NCBI GenBank assembly: GCA_043825875.1
Contig: JBDRRF010000060.1
Location: 1-49,938 of the forward strand
Origin: Pseudomonadota bacterium
Lineage (GTDB): Bacteria > Desulfobacterota > Desulfobacteria > Desulfobacterales > RPRI01
Direction of reading: 5' to 3'
Length of the DNA stretch: 49,938 bases
In this document: in pieces, positions 20,532 through 29,836 of the stretch
Position numbering within the stretch: the first letter of the stretch is position 1
Layout: each line of letters begins with the position of its first letter
Notes under the pieces: model-generated
Seen by the model: only the letters and a program-made list of their open reading frames with translations
Database searches by the model: none
Told to the model about the DNA's origin: nothing
Program-made: the position numbers and the translations under genes

Positions 20532-21470
20532 TTAAACAACAAGATTTCCTTTCTTCTCTGCTACGCTGATCGTAGCGAGTGTTCCTGAGTTAAATTCTAT
20601 AAAATCTGCTTCGATACCATCGCTAAAAATTATGCCATTCTCTGATATAGCCGAAACAAGTATCAGTGGGCTTTTGGGGGTGATCTTACCGAATGTTAAT
20701 TCTGCGGAAGATGTTTTGCTTGGCCAAGGTTCACGGACTGAGTAATATAAGTACTCAGAGTCCCATGTAAATTTGGATTTCTGTTTTACCTCAATAGGCC
20801 TTCCCGTTGCAGCTGAAGAAATTCCTGTCGCTCCCGCAAGTATGCTTCGCAGCCAACCGCTCGAACCCAAACCTGTTGAAACTATTATACCACTTGATGA
20901 ATGGTCTTCTTTTTTTTGCTTGATCTGTATCGAATAACGAGCCGATGTGTGTGTTTTTGGCCCTATAAACAAATCATTTACGCCGTAAATGGTCTGTCCA
21001 GTGTTTAAATCTGCTTTCGCCATAGTTATCTGGCGAATCGGGCAACTTTTCCGGAACACCTCCGGAACTAAATGGGATAAATCAGAAATTGTGAAGGGAA
21101 GCAATACACCTTCCCAGCGATCAGGATCTGGATTAACTCCGATAACCGGTTGCTGATCCAAATATTTAAGAATGTTTGCAACCAATCCGTCCTGCCCTAA
21201 AACAACGACTATATCCTGTTTGCCAAATATAAAATTAGGCACAAATGATCGGTCTAATGTTTGCAGACGACCCAAGCGGGAAAGTTCATTCGTTGCTTTA
21301 TGAACTGCAGATTTATATATCGTGTTTTCAAGCTTATAATCAGAAAAATCAGCGCCGAGATGCTCTATGTAGAATCTCGCCTGAGCCTCTGTGTTAAATC
21401 TTGCAATTAGATCATCCAATCGAGTTTTACGTATGATTAGAATAATCTTATTTTCGGTTTGACGGTCCAT
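20532..21470 (-). CDS. NAD-kinase (PpnK)-like protein, NrtY-type
   Basis: VVVLGQDGL (GGDG variant), VIGVN, VNDLFIG, SSGIIVSTGLGSSGW (TPTGST variant); start overlaps the SPFH stop. Confidence 0.75.
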   Translation of the reverse strand: MDRQTENKIILIIRKTRLDDLIARFNTEAQARFYIEHLGADFSDYKLENTIYKSAVHKATNELSRLGRLQTLDRSFVPNFIFGKQDIVVVLGQDGLVANILKYLDQQPVIGVNPDPDRWEGVLLPFTISDLSHLVPEVFRKSCPIRQITMAKADLNTGQTIYGVNDLFIGPKTHTSARYSIQIKQKKEDHSSSGIIVSTGLGSSGWLRSILAGATGISSAATGRPIEVKQKSKFTWDSEYLYYSVREPWPSKTSSAELTFGKITPKSPLILVSAISENGIIFSDGIEADFIEFNSGTLATISVAEKKGNLVV

Positions 21471-22492
21471 TAATTATTTTCCTGTTTTGTAAGTAACTCC
21501 CGTAGCAGTTCAGGTGAAATATTTAATTGACCAATCTTACTTGCATTTTCCGCTAATTCTTTAAATGCAAATGCAACTAATTGAGATGGTTCCATGCCAA
21601 CACTTGCAAGAGATTGAATTACTTTTGGATCTGTTTCGGAAATAGCCTTCATCATCGCTGATATGCTGTATGCTTTAGTATCCGCTTCTTGCTTAGCGTT
21701 CTCTGTTGCTAATGTAACCAAATCCTTATTTTTTACCTCCAGGGAGATTTTTGTAGCCATTTCAGCTTCTCTTAGCTCTCGTTTCTTTTGTTGGACAGAT
21801 TTCTCAGCCTCCATTTGCGCTTCCTTTATTTGACGCTTCTTGTTCTCTACGGCGATTTCAGTATTTAATTCGTTTTCTTTTATTGCTCTTTCCTGTTCTA
21901 CAGCAGAGTTTCTTCTTGAATAAATGGCTTCATCAGCTTCCTGAAGAATTTGCTCTCTTGCTTCAGCTTCTAAGGCACGTGCTGTTTCAGGAGTTGGTTT
22001 TATGGCCAAAATCGATACCCCAAGAATTTCAATACCTAATGAAGTGATTGTTTCAGCTTTCTTTAGACTTTCTCTTAAAGAACTGACGAGATCATCAAAA
22101 CGACCGAGTGTTTCCCGAAGAGGCATAGATTTGAGCGAGGATCGAGTTAATACTTGGGCGTGATTAATAAGCCTTTGGGTTAGTTTTTCAGGATCATCTG
22201 AAGTGTAATCCTTTCCGTTAGGTGCCAAAGCAAAATTCATTAATTGAGATAGCTTGGATGGATCTGAAATCTTATAGGTAATCTGACCTTGTACGGTAAC
22301 TTCTTGGAAGTCAGAAGTAACCTCATGAAAAATAAACGGAGCGTCCACGCTTGCCACAGGGACTCTTACCAAGGAAGTAGTCGGTAAAAAGTAAAAGAAA
22401 GATAACCCAGCTCCTTCCCGAACAAGTTTTCCTTTTCGATACTGAAGAACATAATCTGTTGGTTGTACTTTTATGAACTTGATTCCTAACAT
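21470..22492 (-). CDS. SPFH/band-7 protein with C-terminal coiled coil, NrtX-type
   Basis: FIKVQPTDYV...GLSFFYF, TSDFQEVTVQG band-7 head; Glu/Ala/Lys-rich coiled coil. Confidence 0.85.
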   Translation of the reverse strand: MLGIKFIKVQPTDYVLQYRKGKLVREGAGLSFFYFLPTTSLVRVPVASVDAPFIFHEVTSDFQEVTVQGQITYKISDPSKLSQLMNFALAPNGKDYTSDDPEKLTQRLINHAQVLTRSSLKSMPLRETLGRFDDLVSSLRESLKKAETITSLGIEILGVSILAIKPTPETARALEAEAREQILQEADEAIYSRRNSAVEQERAIKENELNTEIAVENKKRQIKEAQMEAEKSVQQKKRELREAEMATKISLEVKNKDLVTLATENAKQEADTKAYSISAMMKAISETDPKVIQSLASVGMEPSQLVAFAFKELAENASKIGQLNISPELLRELLTKQENN

Positions 22493-22523
22493 ATTGTCTC
22501 CTCTCGATTAACGACATCCGCAT

Positions 22524-22612
22524 ATATTGCCGTGCCTCAGCAGTGGCACCAATGAACCTGGTGCGTCAGCGCCGCCGCGCTTCTCGCCATCTGCTGAATG
22601 CAATTGGTCGGT
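22524..22612 (-). other. Degenerate integron attC-like site
   Basis: Imperfect inverted repeat TGCCTCAGCAGTGGC (22533-47) / GCCATCTGCTGAATGCA (22586-602) with unpaired extra bases on one arm; both outer cores are mutated (ATATTGC, GGTCGGT). Confidence 0.55.
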
Positions 22613-22631
22613 GTATTTTTTACTTTTGGGC

Positions 22632-23261
22632 TTATGCTACTTGAAATTTCCTACCTTTAAAAATCTTTACAGGTTTGCCACGTTCAAGCTCGTTATGCTG
22701 ATACCAACAATCTTTCTTAACACTTTTGATTTTCTTCTCTTCTTCGAATTCAAATAAGCTTACCATCCTGGCCATGGCCAATCTTTTGTTTAAATATTGA
22801 GAACGTTCTTCTTTTACTGATGTAGAAAGGCCCGTTGGCAAGTGAATTACGCGTACGGCACTTTCAACTTTATTCAAATGTTGTCCCCCTGGTCCTGAAG
22901 CTCTCATAGTTTCAACCTTAAATTCGTTATCAGACCATTTTGTCTGCTCTGACGGCATATACAATTCAACACCAACATACCAATTTTTCCTTTTGTGTTG
23001 TGGCCTGAAGTGACTTTTTCCTACCCATTGCACTGTCCCGATCCAAGGTTTAATAACTGAGCAATCTACTCCTTTCATTGAGATTAATATGGACTTAAAA
23101 GTTTGACCTGCTTCACCAGGGATAGCCTCAATTATTTCAGCTTTTACTCCTTGCTTCTCCGCCTCGTTCAAAATTACTTCTGCCAAACGGGCCACAACCC
23201 AACAACATTCGACAGGACCACGACCAGAAGAAATTTGAACCCACCAATGATTTTCTATCAA
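22632..23261 (-). CDS. prfH: Peptide chain release factor homolog PrfH
   Basis: VQISSGRGPVECC, WIGTVQWVGKSHFRPQHKRKNWYVGV, ASGPGGQHLNKVESAVR, ERSQYLNK. Likely start is TTG 23261 after AAGGGA. Confidence 0.92.
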   Translation of the reverse strand: MIENHWWVQISSGRGPVECCWVVARLAEVILNEAEKQGVKAEIIEAIPGEAGQTFKSILISMKGVDCSVIKPWIGTVQWVGKSHFRPQHKRKNWYVGVELYMPSEQTKWSDNEFKVETMRASGPGGQHLNKVESAVRVIHLPTGLSTSVKEERSQYLNKRLAMARMVSLFEFEEEKKIKSVKKDCWYQHNELERGKPVKIFKGRKFQVA

Positions 23262-23280
23262 AGTAAATATTCCCTTAAAG

Positions 23281-25080
23281 TTATTGGCTTGAGATATATC
23301 CAGCCACATCCAAATGTTCTTTAACTGACCATCTTTTTAAAATTTCTATCTCTTTGTCAGTTGGGATACGATTCTTTTTTCCTCGGACTTGTTTAATTAT
23401 CTTTTCAGGGTGATTCAATTCAATAGTCAGAAGCTTTTCAATCCCTTCTTCAGTCTGGACATCCATTGTCCAAATTGAGCATTTCCCATTATGGCAAGAA
23501 TGAGCATATGTTGCGACACAGTGTCTTTGCTGTCTTCCTTCCACAACAAGTTCCTTACTGCTTAATAGCTCTTTAATTATCCATATTTTCATATTTTTCT
23601 TTTTTTCAGAACCTTCAATGAATTGAAAATCATGAAACAAAGATTTTTTCCACTGAAGGTTGCCACTTTTTATCTCCTTCCCTAATTGCCTATGCCAATC
23701 ATCAACTTGTCGCAATAATGAATTTACAGTTCTACCTCGCATAGAAAAATTGGGTTGTTCAGGGCCGACTTCTTCTGCAACACCTCTTTCCACAAAGACT
23801 ACTCTATTTTCATATTTTTGATTCCATATGTAGTCAATAATCGGATTAATATGAATAGTATCAAGCATAGGATTTTTGATAAAAAAACGAAAAACACTAC
23901 TCCAAAAATCATTATCCCGAAAATCATCTATAATTCTACTTTCCAAAAGAGCTTCAACTATCCTTTTATCTCCTGCTAATGCATGTATTTGTCCCCATCG
24001 CATGGCGGCTTCAATTGCATAATTTTCCGGAGCTAGTAAAAAATAATGAGCGATCTTCTTCGTTAACGGAATCGGCAAATTTTCAGCCGATCGTATATTT
24101 TTACCGGCCCCGATATGAATAAACCATTTTTGGTGCAGCTCATTTCCTTTCAGCCATGCATTATCCATGAAACGTGGTATTGGGTAATTTGCCAGAAGAT
24201 GCCTTGCAAATGAAGAAAACTGTTTGTCTGGGTTATGAGAAGGGGCTTGCCAATTAGCATAAGGCCTTATCCATTGTTCTGATTTTTTGGATAGCTCGAT
24301 AGCACCCTGAATATGGCGAATATCTTTGAGCAGTTTCGATTTTTCCTCAAGGAAAGTTAATATTTCAATTAGTTGAGAAACATTTTTGAACTCTTTAGAT
24401 CCCTTGTAAATTGCTCGTGCAAACTCGGTATCAAGTTTCTGGTCGGTTATGTTGCCTTGAAGAATTCCATTGAAAAATTTTTTTAAGCTTCGAGTTGTTT
24501 TTGAAGTTGACAATTTTGTTGCCGCTTCTATTGACTTCTTTTTATTTTTTGAATCTTTTGACAAATGAATTGTAGATATTTCAGATAGTAAGTCGGGTTG
24601 TGCAGGCAAGCCAACCAAGGTAGTGATGCCTTCAGCCTCACAACGAAGATGGTACAACTTTTTTACCAGGTCGTGCTCTTCCGAAATGTCAATTTTTTGT
24701 AGCCTTCTTTTCCCAACCCTAACATCGATCATTCCAATCGCACGGATTATTGCGTTGTCAGAAGTCAGGATGTCATTAATGGATAAGTTTAAATAGCTAA
24801 ACAGAGAATTGTGCCAATTCCATTGAGAAAAAAGATTTCCTTCATGAAGCTTTTTTTCAATTGTACTGTACTCTTCATTAGTTGTTCGGCTTTTTTGGTA
24901 AAGCTCCATTTCATATGTGATAGAGCACATATTGATTATTTCGTGCTTATCAATCAATATCCATCCTCGCCCCTCTTGATCATGAGATTTTCGATATGAT
25001 GTGGAGCCAAGTTCGACTCGCCCACGTACCGATTCAGCGATAATCCCTTCAATTCTTTTTTTTAGTTGGCTCCACTTCAT
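23281..25080 (-). CDS. 599-aa multidomain protein with C-terminal PcfJ-like domain
   Basis: C-terminal IKELLSSKELVVEGRQQRHCVATY...SIWTM...LTIEL...QVRGKKNRIP; distinct N-terminal domain (MKWSQLKKRIE...YRKSHDQEGRGWI...IDVRVGKRRL) resembling SF0329-type proteins. Confidence 0.72.
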   Translation of the reverse strand: MKWSQLKKRIEGIIAESVRGRVELGSTSYRKSHDQEGRGWILIDKHEIINMCSITYEMELYQKSRTTNEEYSTIEKKLHEGNLFSQWNWHNSLFSYLNLSINDILTSDNAIIRAIGMIDVRVGKRRLQKIDISEEHDLVKKLYHLRCEAEGITTLVGLPAQPDLLSEISTIHLSKDSKNKKKSIEAATKLSTSKTTRSLKKFFNGILQGNITDQKLDTEFARAIYKGSKEFKNVSQLIEILTFLEEKSKLLKDIRHIQGAIELSKKSEQWIRPYANWQAPSHNPDKQFSSFARHLLANYPIPRFMDNAWLKGNELHQKWFIHIGAGKNIRSAENLPIPLTKKIAHYFLLAPENYAIEAAMRWGQIHALAGDKRIVEALLESRIIDDFRDNDFWSSVFRFFIKNPMLDTIHINPIIDYIWNQKYENRVVFVERGVAEEVGPEQPNFSMRGRTVNSLLRQVDDWHRQLGKEIKSGNLQWKKSLFHDFQFIEGSEKKKNMKIWIIKELLSSKELVVEGRQQRHCVATYAHSCHNGKCSIWTMDVQTEEGIEKLLTIELNHPEKIIKQVRGKKNRIPTDKEIEILKRWSVKEHLDVAGYISSQ

Positions 25081-25107
25081 AATTAACTCTATGGATTATT
25101 GATGGTC

Positions 25108-25236
25108 ACTGAACCGTTGCTGTTGAGGAGGGGCGATTAAAAACCAATAATTTAAGCAAAAAGACAGCAGTATTTTAAAAAAATAAATCCAGCAACCGTT
25201 CTTTGGAAGCCCTCTGCTCAAACAGCCGGGTTAGCT
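25108..25236 (-). other. Integron attC-like site (best preserved)
   Basis: On the gene strand: AGCTAAC ... CTGTTTGAGCAGAGGGC ...loop... GCCCCTCCTCAACAG ... GTTCAGT. AAC/GTT cores, extrahelical bases, 129 bp, between two same-strand genes. Confidence 0.7.
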
Positions 25237-25267
25237 TTTTTCAAGTTTATACTAATAGGCCATGTTT

Positions 25268-25600
25268 CTAGTTCCACTTAGTAAGCACTTTTGCAATGCT
25301 TTTACCATTTCTTATTATTGCATAGCCTTGATGTCCTTGTAATTTTTCCCAGTATTCATCGGGAAGTCTAAAGAACCACAATTCATCTCCTGTGGCTATT
25401 CTTGAAATAAATGGCTCCCATTCATTTTCCATGAAATATTGACTCAAACCTGTGCCAGCACTTGGCTCACCATACATTTCCTGATGTTCTAACTCGAAAG
25501 CTTCTTTGATTTTATTAATATCAATTTTTCGCACAAGACATTTTTTAATGGATGGTATACCTAAAAGCCTTTTTAAAAAGATTATGACTGAACCAAACAT
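25268..25600 (-). CDS. Hypothetical protein (110 aa), cassette-like
   Basis: Plausible composition, GDELWFF...W...G...GYAIIRNG; bounded by attC-like sites. Confidence 0.7.
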   Translation of the reverse strand: MFGSVIIFLKRLLGIPSIKKCLVRKIDINKIKEAFELEHQEMYGEPSAGTGLSQYFMENEWEPFISRIATGDELWFFRLPDEYWEKLQGHQGYAIIRNGKSIAKVLTKWN

Positions 25601-25667
25601 ATTTCTGACCTATCAAAATACACCGTAATAGCGATTGAAATCTTTTTCTACTGTCGTTTCTCAGCAA

Positions 25668-25690
25668 AGTTAACGCGCCGGTTGTTATGC
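25668..25690 (-). other. Collapsed attC remnant
   Basis: Gene strand GCATAAC-AACCGGCGC-GTTAACT starts 2 nt after the upstream stop codon; both cores are present but the inner hairpin is missing. Confidence 0.45.
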
Positions 25691-25692
25691 AT

Positions 25693-26340
25693 CTATGGTC
25701 CGCCGAAAAGCTTCCCACCCAGCGCGAATGCTCCAGCAACTAGCGCTGCCAACGCAGCAAGGACGCTCCACAGTTGAACGGGCTTCAAACCGCCCAGTAA
25801 TTCGGCTACAGTAAAGTCGGAAAAGTCCTTAGGCTGAGATATATTCTTCGGTGTATCGGCCATCTTTTGTTTCCAACTCGCCAAGACTCCATTAAATTCG
25901 TTAGAGTTCAGCGCCGAAGTCTCCGGCTTCACCCACTGCACATACCAATCATTGCCGCGTTCAAGTAGTCCTTCGCTCTTAAGGCCAGCTTCGACGATGA
26001 CCATGAGCGGAAGGCCATGAGCGTAACTCATGGCAGCCTCGATCTGGTTCCATGGCGTGGGAAGCCTAACATCGTTGAGTGCCGACTCCTTTGGCCCGCC
26101 ACGCTTTTCGATTCCTGTGGCAAAGTACGTTCGCTCAAGAGCTATGACCACAGTACCAGAGCATTTTTCCATTAGGTCGGTTACTGTTTTCAGCGGAGCG
26201 TCAGAACTAAAAGTGTTTCTACCTACTGTGTGGGGAATGAGGCCTTCACTCCGAAGACGATCCTCCACGGAGCGAACAAAAGCTTCTTGCTGCTCGTTTG
26301 AAGTGCCTCCGACACTCACAAATACATCAGGTTCTTTCAT
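25693..26340 (-). CDS. TIR-like/Rossmannoid domain protein with C-terminal membrane helix
   Basis: DVFVSVG start, CSGTVVIA strand, PWNQIEAAMSYAHGLPLMVI helix with W-x3-E; hydrophobic C-terminus; GGAGG RBS before ATG 26340. Confidence 0.6.
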   Translation of the reverse strand: MKEPDVFVSVGGTSNEQQEAFVRSVEDRLRSEGLIPHTVGRNTFSSDAPLKTVTDLMEKCSGTVVIALERTYFATGIEKRGGPKESALNDVRLPTPWNQIEAAMSYAHGLPLMVIVEAGLKSEGLLERGNDWYVQWVKPETSALNSNEFNGVLASWKQKMADTPKNISQPKDFSDFTVAELLGGLKPVQLWSVLAALAALVAGAFALGGKLFGGP

Positions 26341-26633
26341 TGCTCTACCTCCACCGTAAGATATACATAACAAGTTATTGTGCTGAACTGCATATTTCCA
26401 AAGTCAAAAAGGTCTTATCAACCTTTCCATTATATTTTAAAGCATTATCCAACAGTATATCAGTCAGGATTGAATAATATGCTGCTGACAGGATAATTCC
26501 AGATACTACACTTTTGTCTTATCTATAAACGGTAAGAAGTAATAGCTACAAGCTGGACTACAGCAAAACAGGTCTGCGATGAACTCTTCAAAACTGACAG
26601 CTTTTCATCTTATTACATTTTCGAATGAAACGC

Positions 26634-27143
26634 TCATGGACTCGCGCTTGGTAAAGATGATCCATGAGTTGCTTCTCGATCCGGTTGTTCGACATTCTTC
26701 GCCTTCCTGAAGTCTTTAAGCTTTCTTAGCTTTCCGGATTCGTCATATCTGGCTTCGTAAACATAGTCAGTTCCTTCGTATAGACGGCTTTTGTGCAGAA
26801 CTCCGGAAGGAAAGAAATAGTGCCAATATCCTACTTTCTGATTATTCTGCATCATGCCATGTACAAAAACTTGCCCCGTTTCGTAAAACGAGACAGTTGG
26901 TCCATCCATCACACCATTGCGGATGGTCACCATACCGCTGACATTTCCGTTCTGATGGTGCTTTACCGAGACGCCCGTAAACAGAGCTTTGGTCTTTATG
27001 TGCAACCAACCCTTTGAAGTATATTCTATATCTCCCCTCGCAACGATTGGAAGCTTTATTTGCTCACTTCCCACAACATTTGCAGAAGAAACGGTCAGTA
27101 TGAACACGGAAATAATAAGGCCTGCAATTATATATGTTTTCAT
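26634..27143 (-). CDS. Secreted MORN-variant repeat protein (YwqK-like)
   Basis: Signal peptide; repeats FTGVSVKHHQNG, DGPTVSFYETG, VGYWHYFFPSG, RYDESGKL. Confidence 0.72.
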   Translation of the reverse strand: MKTYIIAGLIISVFILTVSSANVVGSEQIKLPIVARGDIEYTSKGWLHIKTKALFTGVSVKHHQNGNVSGMVTIRNGVMDGPTVSFYETGQVFVHGMMQNNQKVGYWHYFFPSGVLHKSRLYEGTDYVYEARYDESGKLRKLKDFRKAKNVEQPDREATHGSSLPSASP

Positions 27144-27265
27144 AATATGTCATATACTTTCCTATCAGGTGATAAGAAATTGATATGTTGTTTAATATTA
27201 TACTGAGGAGTCATTCTCGGTTTAAAGAAACAGGAACAAAACCCGAACGCGGGTTCCCAAAACTG

Positions 27266-29836
27266 CTATTTCTTTAGTTCTGCTTTAACAGCCAACCCTA
27301 TCTTTTCTAATGTAAACGGTTTCTTTATAAATTGGCCGGCACCTAATTTTTGGGCTGCCTTTACCTCATCTGTTTCAGAGTAGCCACTGACTATGACAGC
27401 CTTTTGTTTGGGGTAAATTTCTACTATTCTTTCATATGTTTTGCGGCCATTTATTCCTGGGTCCATAATCATATCAAGCAATATTAAATCTACTTTATTT
27501 TCTTTCAAATATGAAACGGCTTCTTCTCCACAGGGCACAGCCTTAGTTTTATATCCGAGTTTTTCAAGCATTTTACAGGAAATTTCTCTCTGGCTTTGAA
27601 TGTCATCAACAACAAGTACTATTTCTCCGTTTCCTTTATATTTCTCTATGGGCAATGATAAAACTTTGGTCGATAACTCTTTTCTTGTTATTGGAAAGTA
27701 TAGGTCAAATATTGTTCCTTTTTCATTACTTGTTACATTAATATAGCCTTCATGATCTTGTACAATATTCCATACAACAGCCAGTCCCAATCCTGTTCCG
27801 CTTCTGCCCATTACCTTCTTTGTGAAAAATGGCTCAAAAATCCTCTCAAGGTATTCCGGTAATATTCCTGCACCATCGTCATATACAGACAAAACCACGT
27901 ACTCACCTGTGTTTATGTCATCATACCCCCTTATTGGCCGATCAACATAACAGTTTTTTGTCGATACTATTACCTTGCCTTTATCCTCAATAGCTTCCGA
28001 AGCGTTTGATATAAGGTTCATTATTATCTTTCTGATATGAACAAGAGAGGCGGATATATTGAGTAAGTCAGTATCAAGCTTGGTTTTAATGCTAACTGTG
28101 GGATGAAATTGCTTAAGTTTTGCAAACTCAGGAGAAGTAAAATATTCTCTTATAACATCATTTAAGTTTAGCGGTTCTTTTGTGGATGCCACACCTCTTG
28201 CAATTGTAAGCAGATCCTGGACGATAGAAACGGCCTTCTCCCCTGACTCCTGAATGGTTGCTATAGGCTTTCTTAATTTACTGTCTTTAGGTAAATCAAG
28301 TAGTAATAATTCAGGGTAGCTTACAATCCCGGATAAAACATTGTTCAGATCATGAGCAACACCACCTGCCAAAAGTCCAAGCGATTCCATCTTCTTGGAT
28401 CTTGCAAGCTTTTCTTCACTCTCCCTTAACCTTATTTCCGCACGCTTGCGCTCGGTGATGTCCTGATTCACTCCATAAATCTTGACCGGCTGGCCGTTGG
28501 CCTCTTTTATAATAGAATATCGTACAGAGGTGAAGCCTATCGTCCCATCGGCGGAAATAAAACGGTGTTCTATACGTCCGCTAATGTTGGTACCGCTTGA
28601 CTCTTGTGCTTTACGATATTCTTCACCAATAAAAGATATGTCGTCAGGATGGAGAAAGCGGCTGGTATATTCAGCCGATGACATTGTATATCTCCCGACT
28701 TGTCTTGCCGTGGTACGAAAGCTCTTATAAAAATGGTCGTTGAATATAAAAAGATCATTAGCTATATCGTATTCCCAGTGACCTAGATGGGCCATATCCA
28801 AAGCATTACTCAGCTTAGCCTGAAGATCCTCACGCTCCTCCTCGATCCATTTGCGTTCAATAGCATTAGTAAAAGTTTCACCAACAAGGCGTAGAATCTG
28901 AGGTTCGTATGCCCAGTCTTGATAATTGAGTATCGTATCGAATCCTACAAGTCCAAGCAATCGATCACCAAGTTTCATGGGAATGATAATAATCGATTTG
29001 ATATCTTGGGAATCAAATATTTCCCTTTTGAGCCTGGCTTCAAGCGGCAGAACAGATACATTTGGCACTTGGAGAACGTCGACTTTTCGAATTTGTTCAG
29101 TAAACCACGGCAGTTCCTCGGCAATCGGAACGTTTCTTAAATTTTCCATTTGCGGCGAAATACCTTCGGCACACCACTCGTGTGTATTATCAGCAAGTTT
29201 ACCATCGTTGTGTAATATATATACATAGGCGCGGTCCGCTCCGAAAAATACACCAACAGCAGATAAAGCGCGATATATGGCAGCATTTATTTCGTCTGAT
29301 CCCAGCCTTGCAAATTCCGAAGATATCTCGCTAATCAGCCGTTCAAGGTCTATCCTCCGCGCCAGGGTGTCTTTTGCCTTCTTGTGTTCAGTAATATCAT
29401 GCCCGATACCCAACACACCGGCTAATTGGCCGTCATCGTGATAAATTGGTGTAGTTATAGTTTCAAGGATTTCACGATGCCCATCATTTTTAAAATTTAC
29501 ATCCAGCTCGTTTATGAGGGGTTTTTCTTTAGTGATTACCTCATTATCGTGGTTCCGCAAAAAATCTGCCAACTCCATATTTAGAAAATCGTAATCCGTT
29601 TTCCCAACGATATCCTTTTCTTTTGCGCCAAATAAACTTTCAAATCTGGAATTACAGTAAATATAGTGCCCCTGCTGATCTTTCACCCAAAGCAAATCAG
29701 GAATTGCCCGAATCAATGTTTGCAGATGTCTTTTGTTATCTTTTAATGCTTCCTCGATTTTTTTGCGCTTGGATTCAGCTTTCTCCAACTCTACAACCCG
29801 TTGTTCTAATTCTTCATAGCTAAGTTTTTCAGACAT
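27266..29836 (-). CDS. Hybrid sensor histidine kinase (PAS-GAF-PAS-HisKA-HATPase-REC)
   Basis: PAS/PAC motifs, GAF (THEWCAEG), GGVAHDLNNVL, GTGLGLAVV, receiver LDMIMDPG...KPF. Confidence 0.95.
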   Translation of the reverse strand: MSEKLSYEELEQRVVELEKAESKRKKIEEALKDNKRHLQTLIRAIPDLLWVKDQQGHYIYCNSRFESLFGAKEKDIVGKTDYDFLNMELADFLRNHDNEVITKEKPLINELDVNFKNDGHREILETITTPIYHDDGQLAGVLGIGHDITEHKKAKDTLARRIDLERLISEISSEFARLGSDEINAAIYRALSAVGVFFGADRAYVYILHNDGKLADNTHEWCAEGISPQMENLRNVPIAEELPWFTEQIRKVDVLQVPNVSVLPLEARLKREIFDSQDIKSIIIIPMKLGDRLLGLVGFDTILNYQDWAYEPQILRLVGETFTNAIERKWIEEEREDLQAKLSNALDMAHLGHWEYDIANDLFIFNDHFYKSFRTTARQVGRYTMSSAEYTSRFLHPDDISFIGEEYRKAQESSGTNISGRIEHRFISADGTIGFTSVRYSIIKEANGQPVKIYGVNQDITERKRAEIRLRESEEKLARSKKMESLGLLAGGVAHDLNNVLSGIVSYPELLLLDLPKDSKLRKPIATIQESGEKAVSIVQDLLTIARGVASTKEPLNLNDVIREYFTSPEFAKLKQFHPTVSIKTKLDTDLLNISASLVHIRKIIMNLISNASEAIEDKGKVIVSTKNCYVDRPIRGYDDINTGEYVVLSVYDDGAGILPEYLERIFEPFFTKKVMGRSGTGLGLAVVWNIVQDHEGYINVTSNEKGTIFDLYFPITRKELSTKVLSLPIEKYKGNGEIVLVVDDIQSQREISCKMLEKLGYKTKAVPCGEEAVSYLKENKVDLILLDMIMDPGINGRKTYERIVEIYPKQKAVIVSGYSETDEVKAAQKLGAGQFIKKPFTLEKIGLAVKAELKK

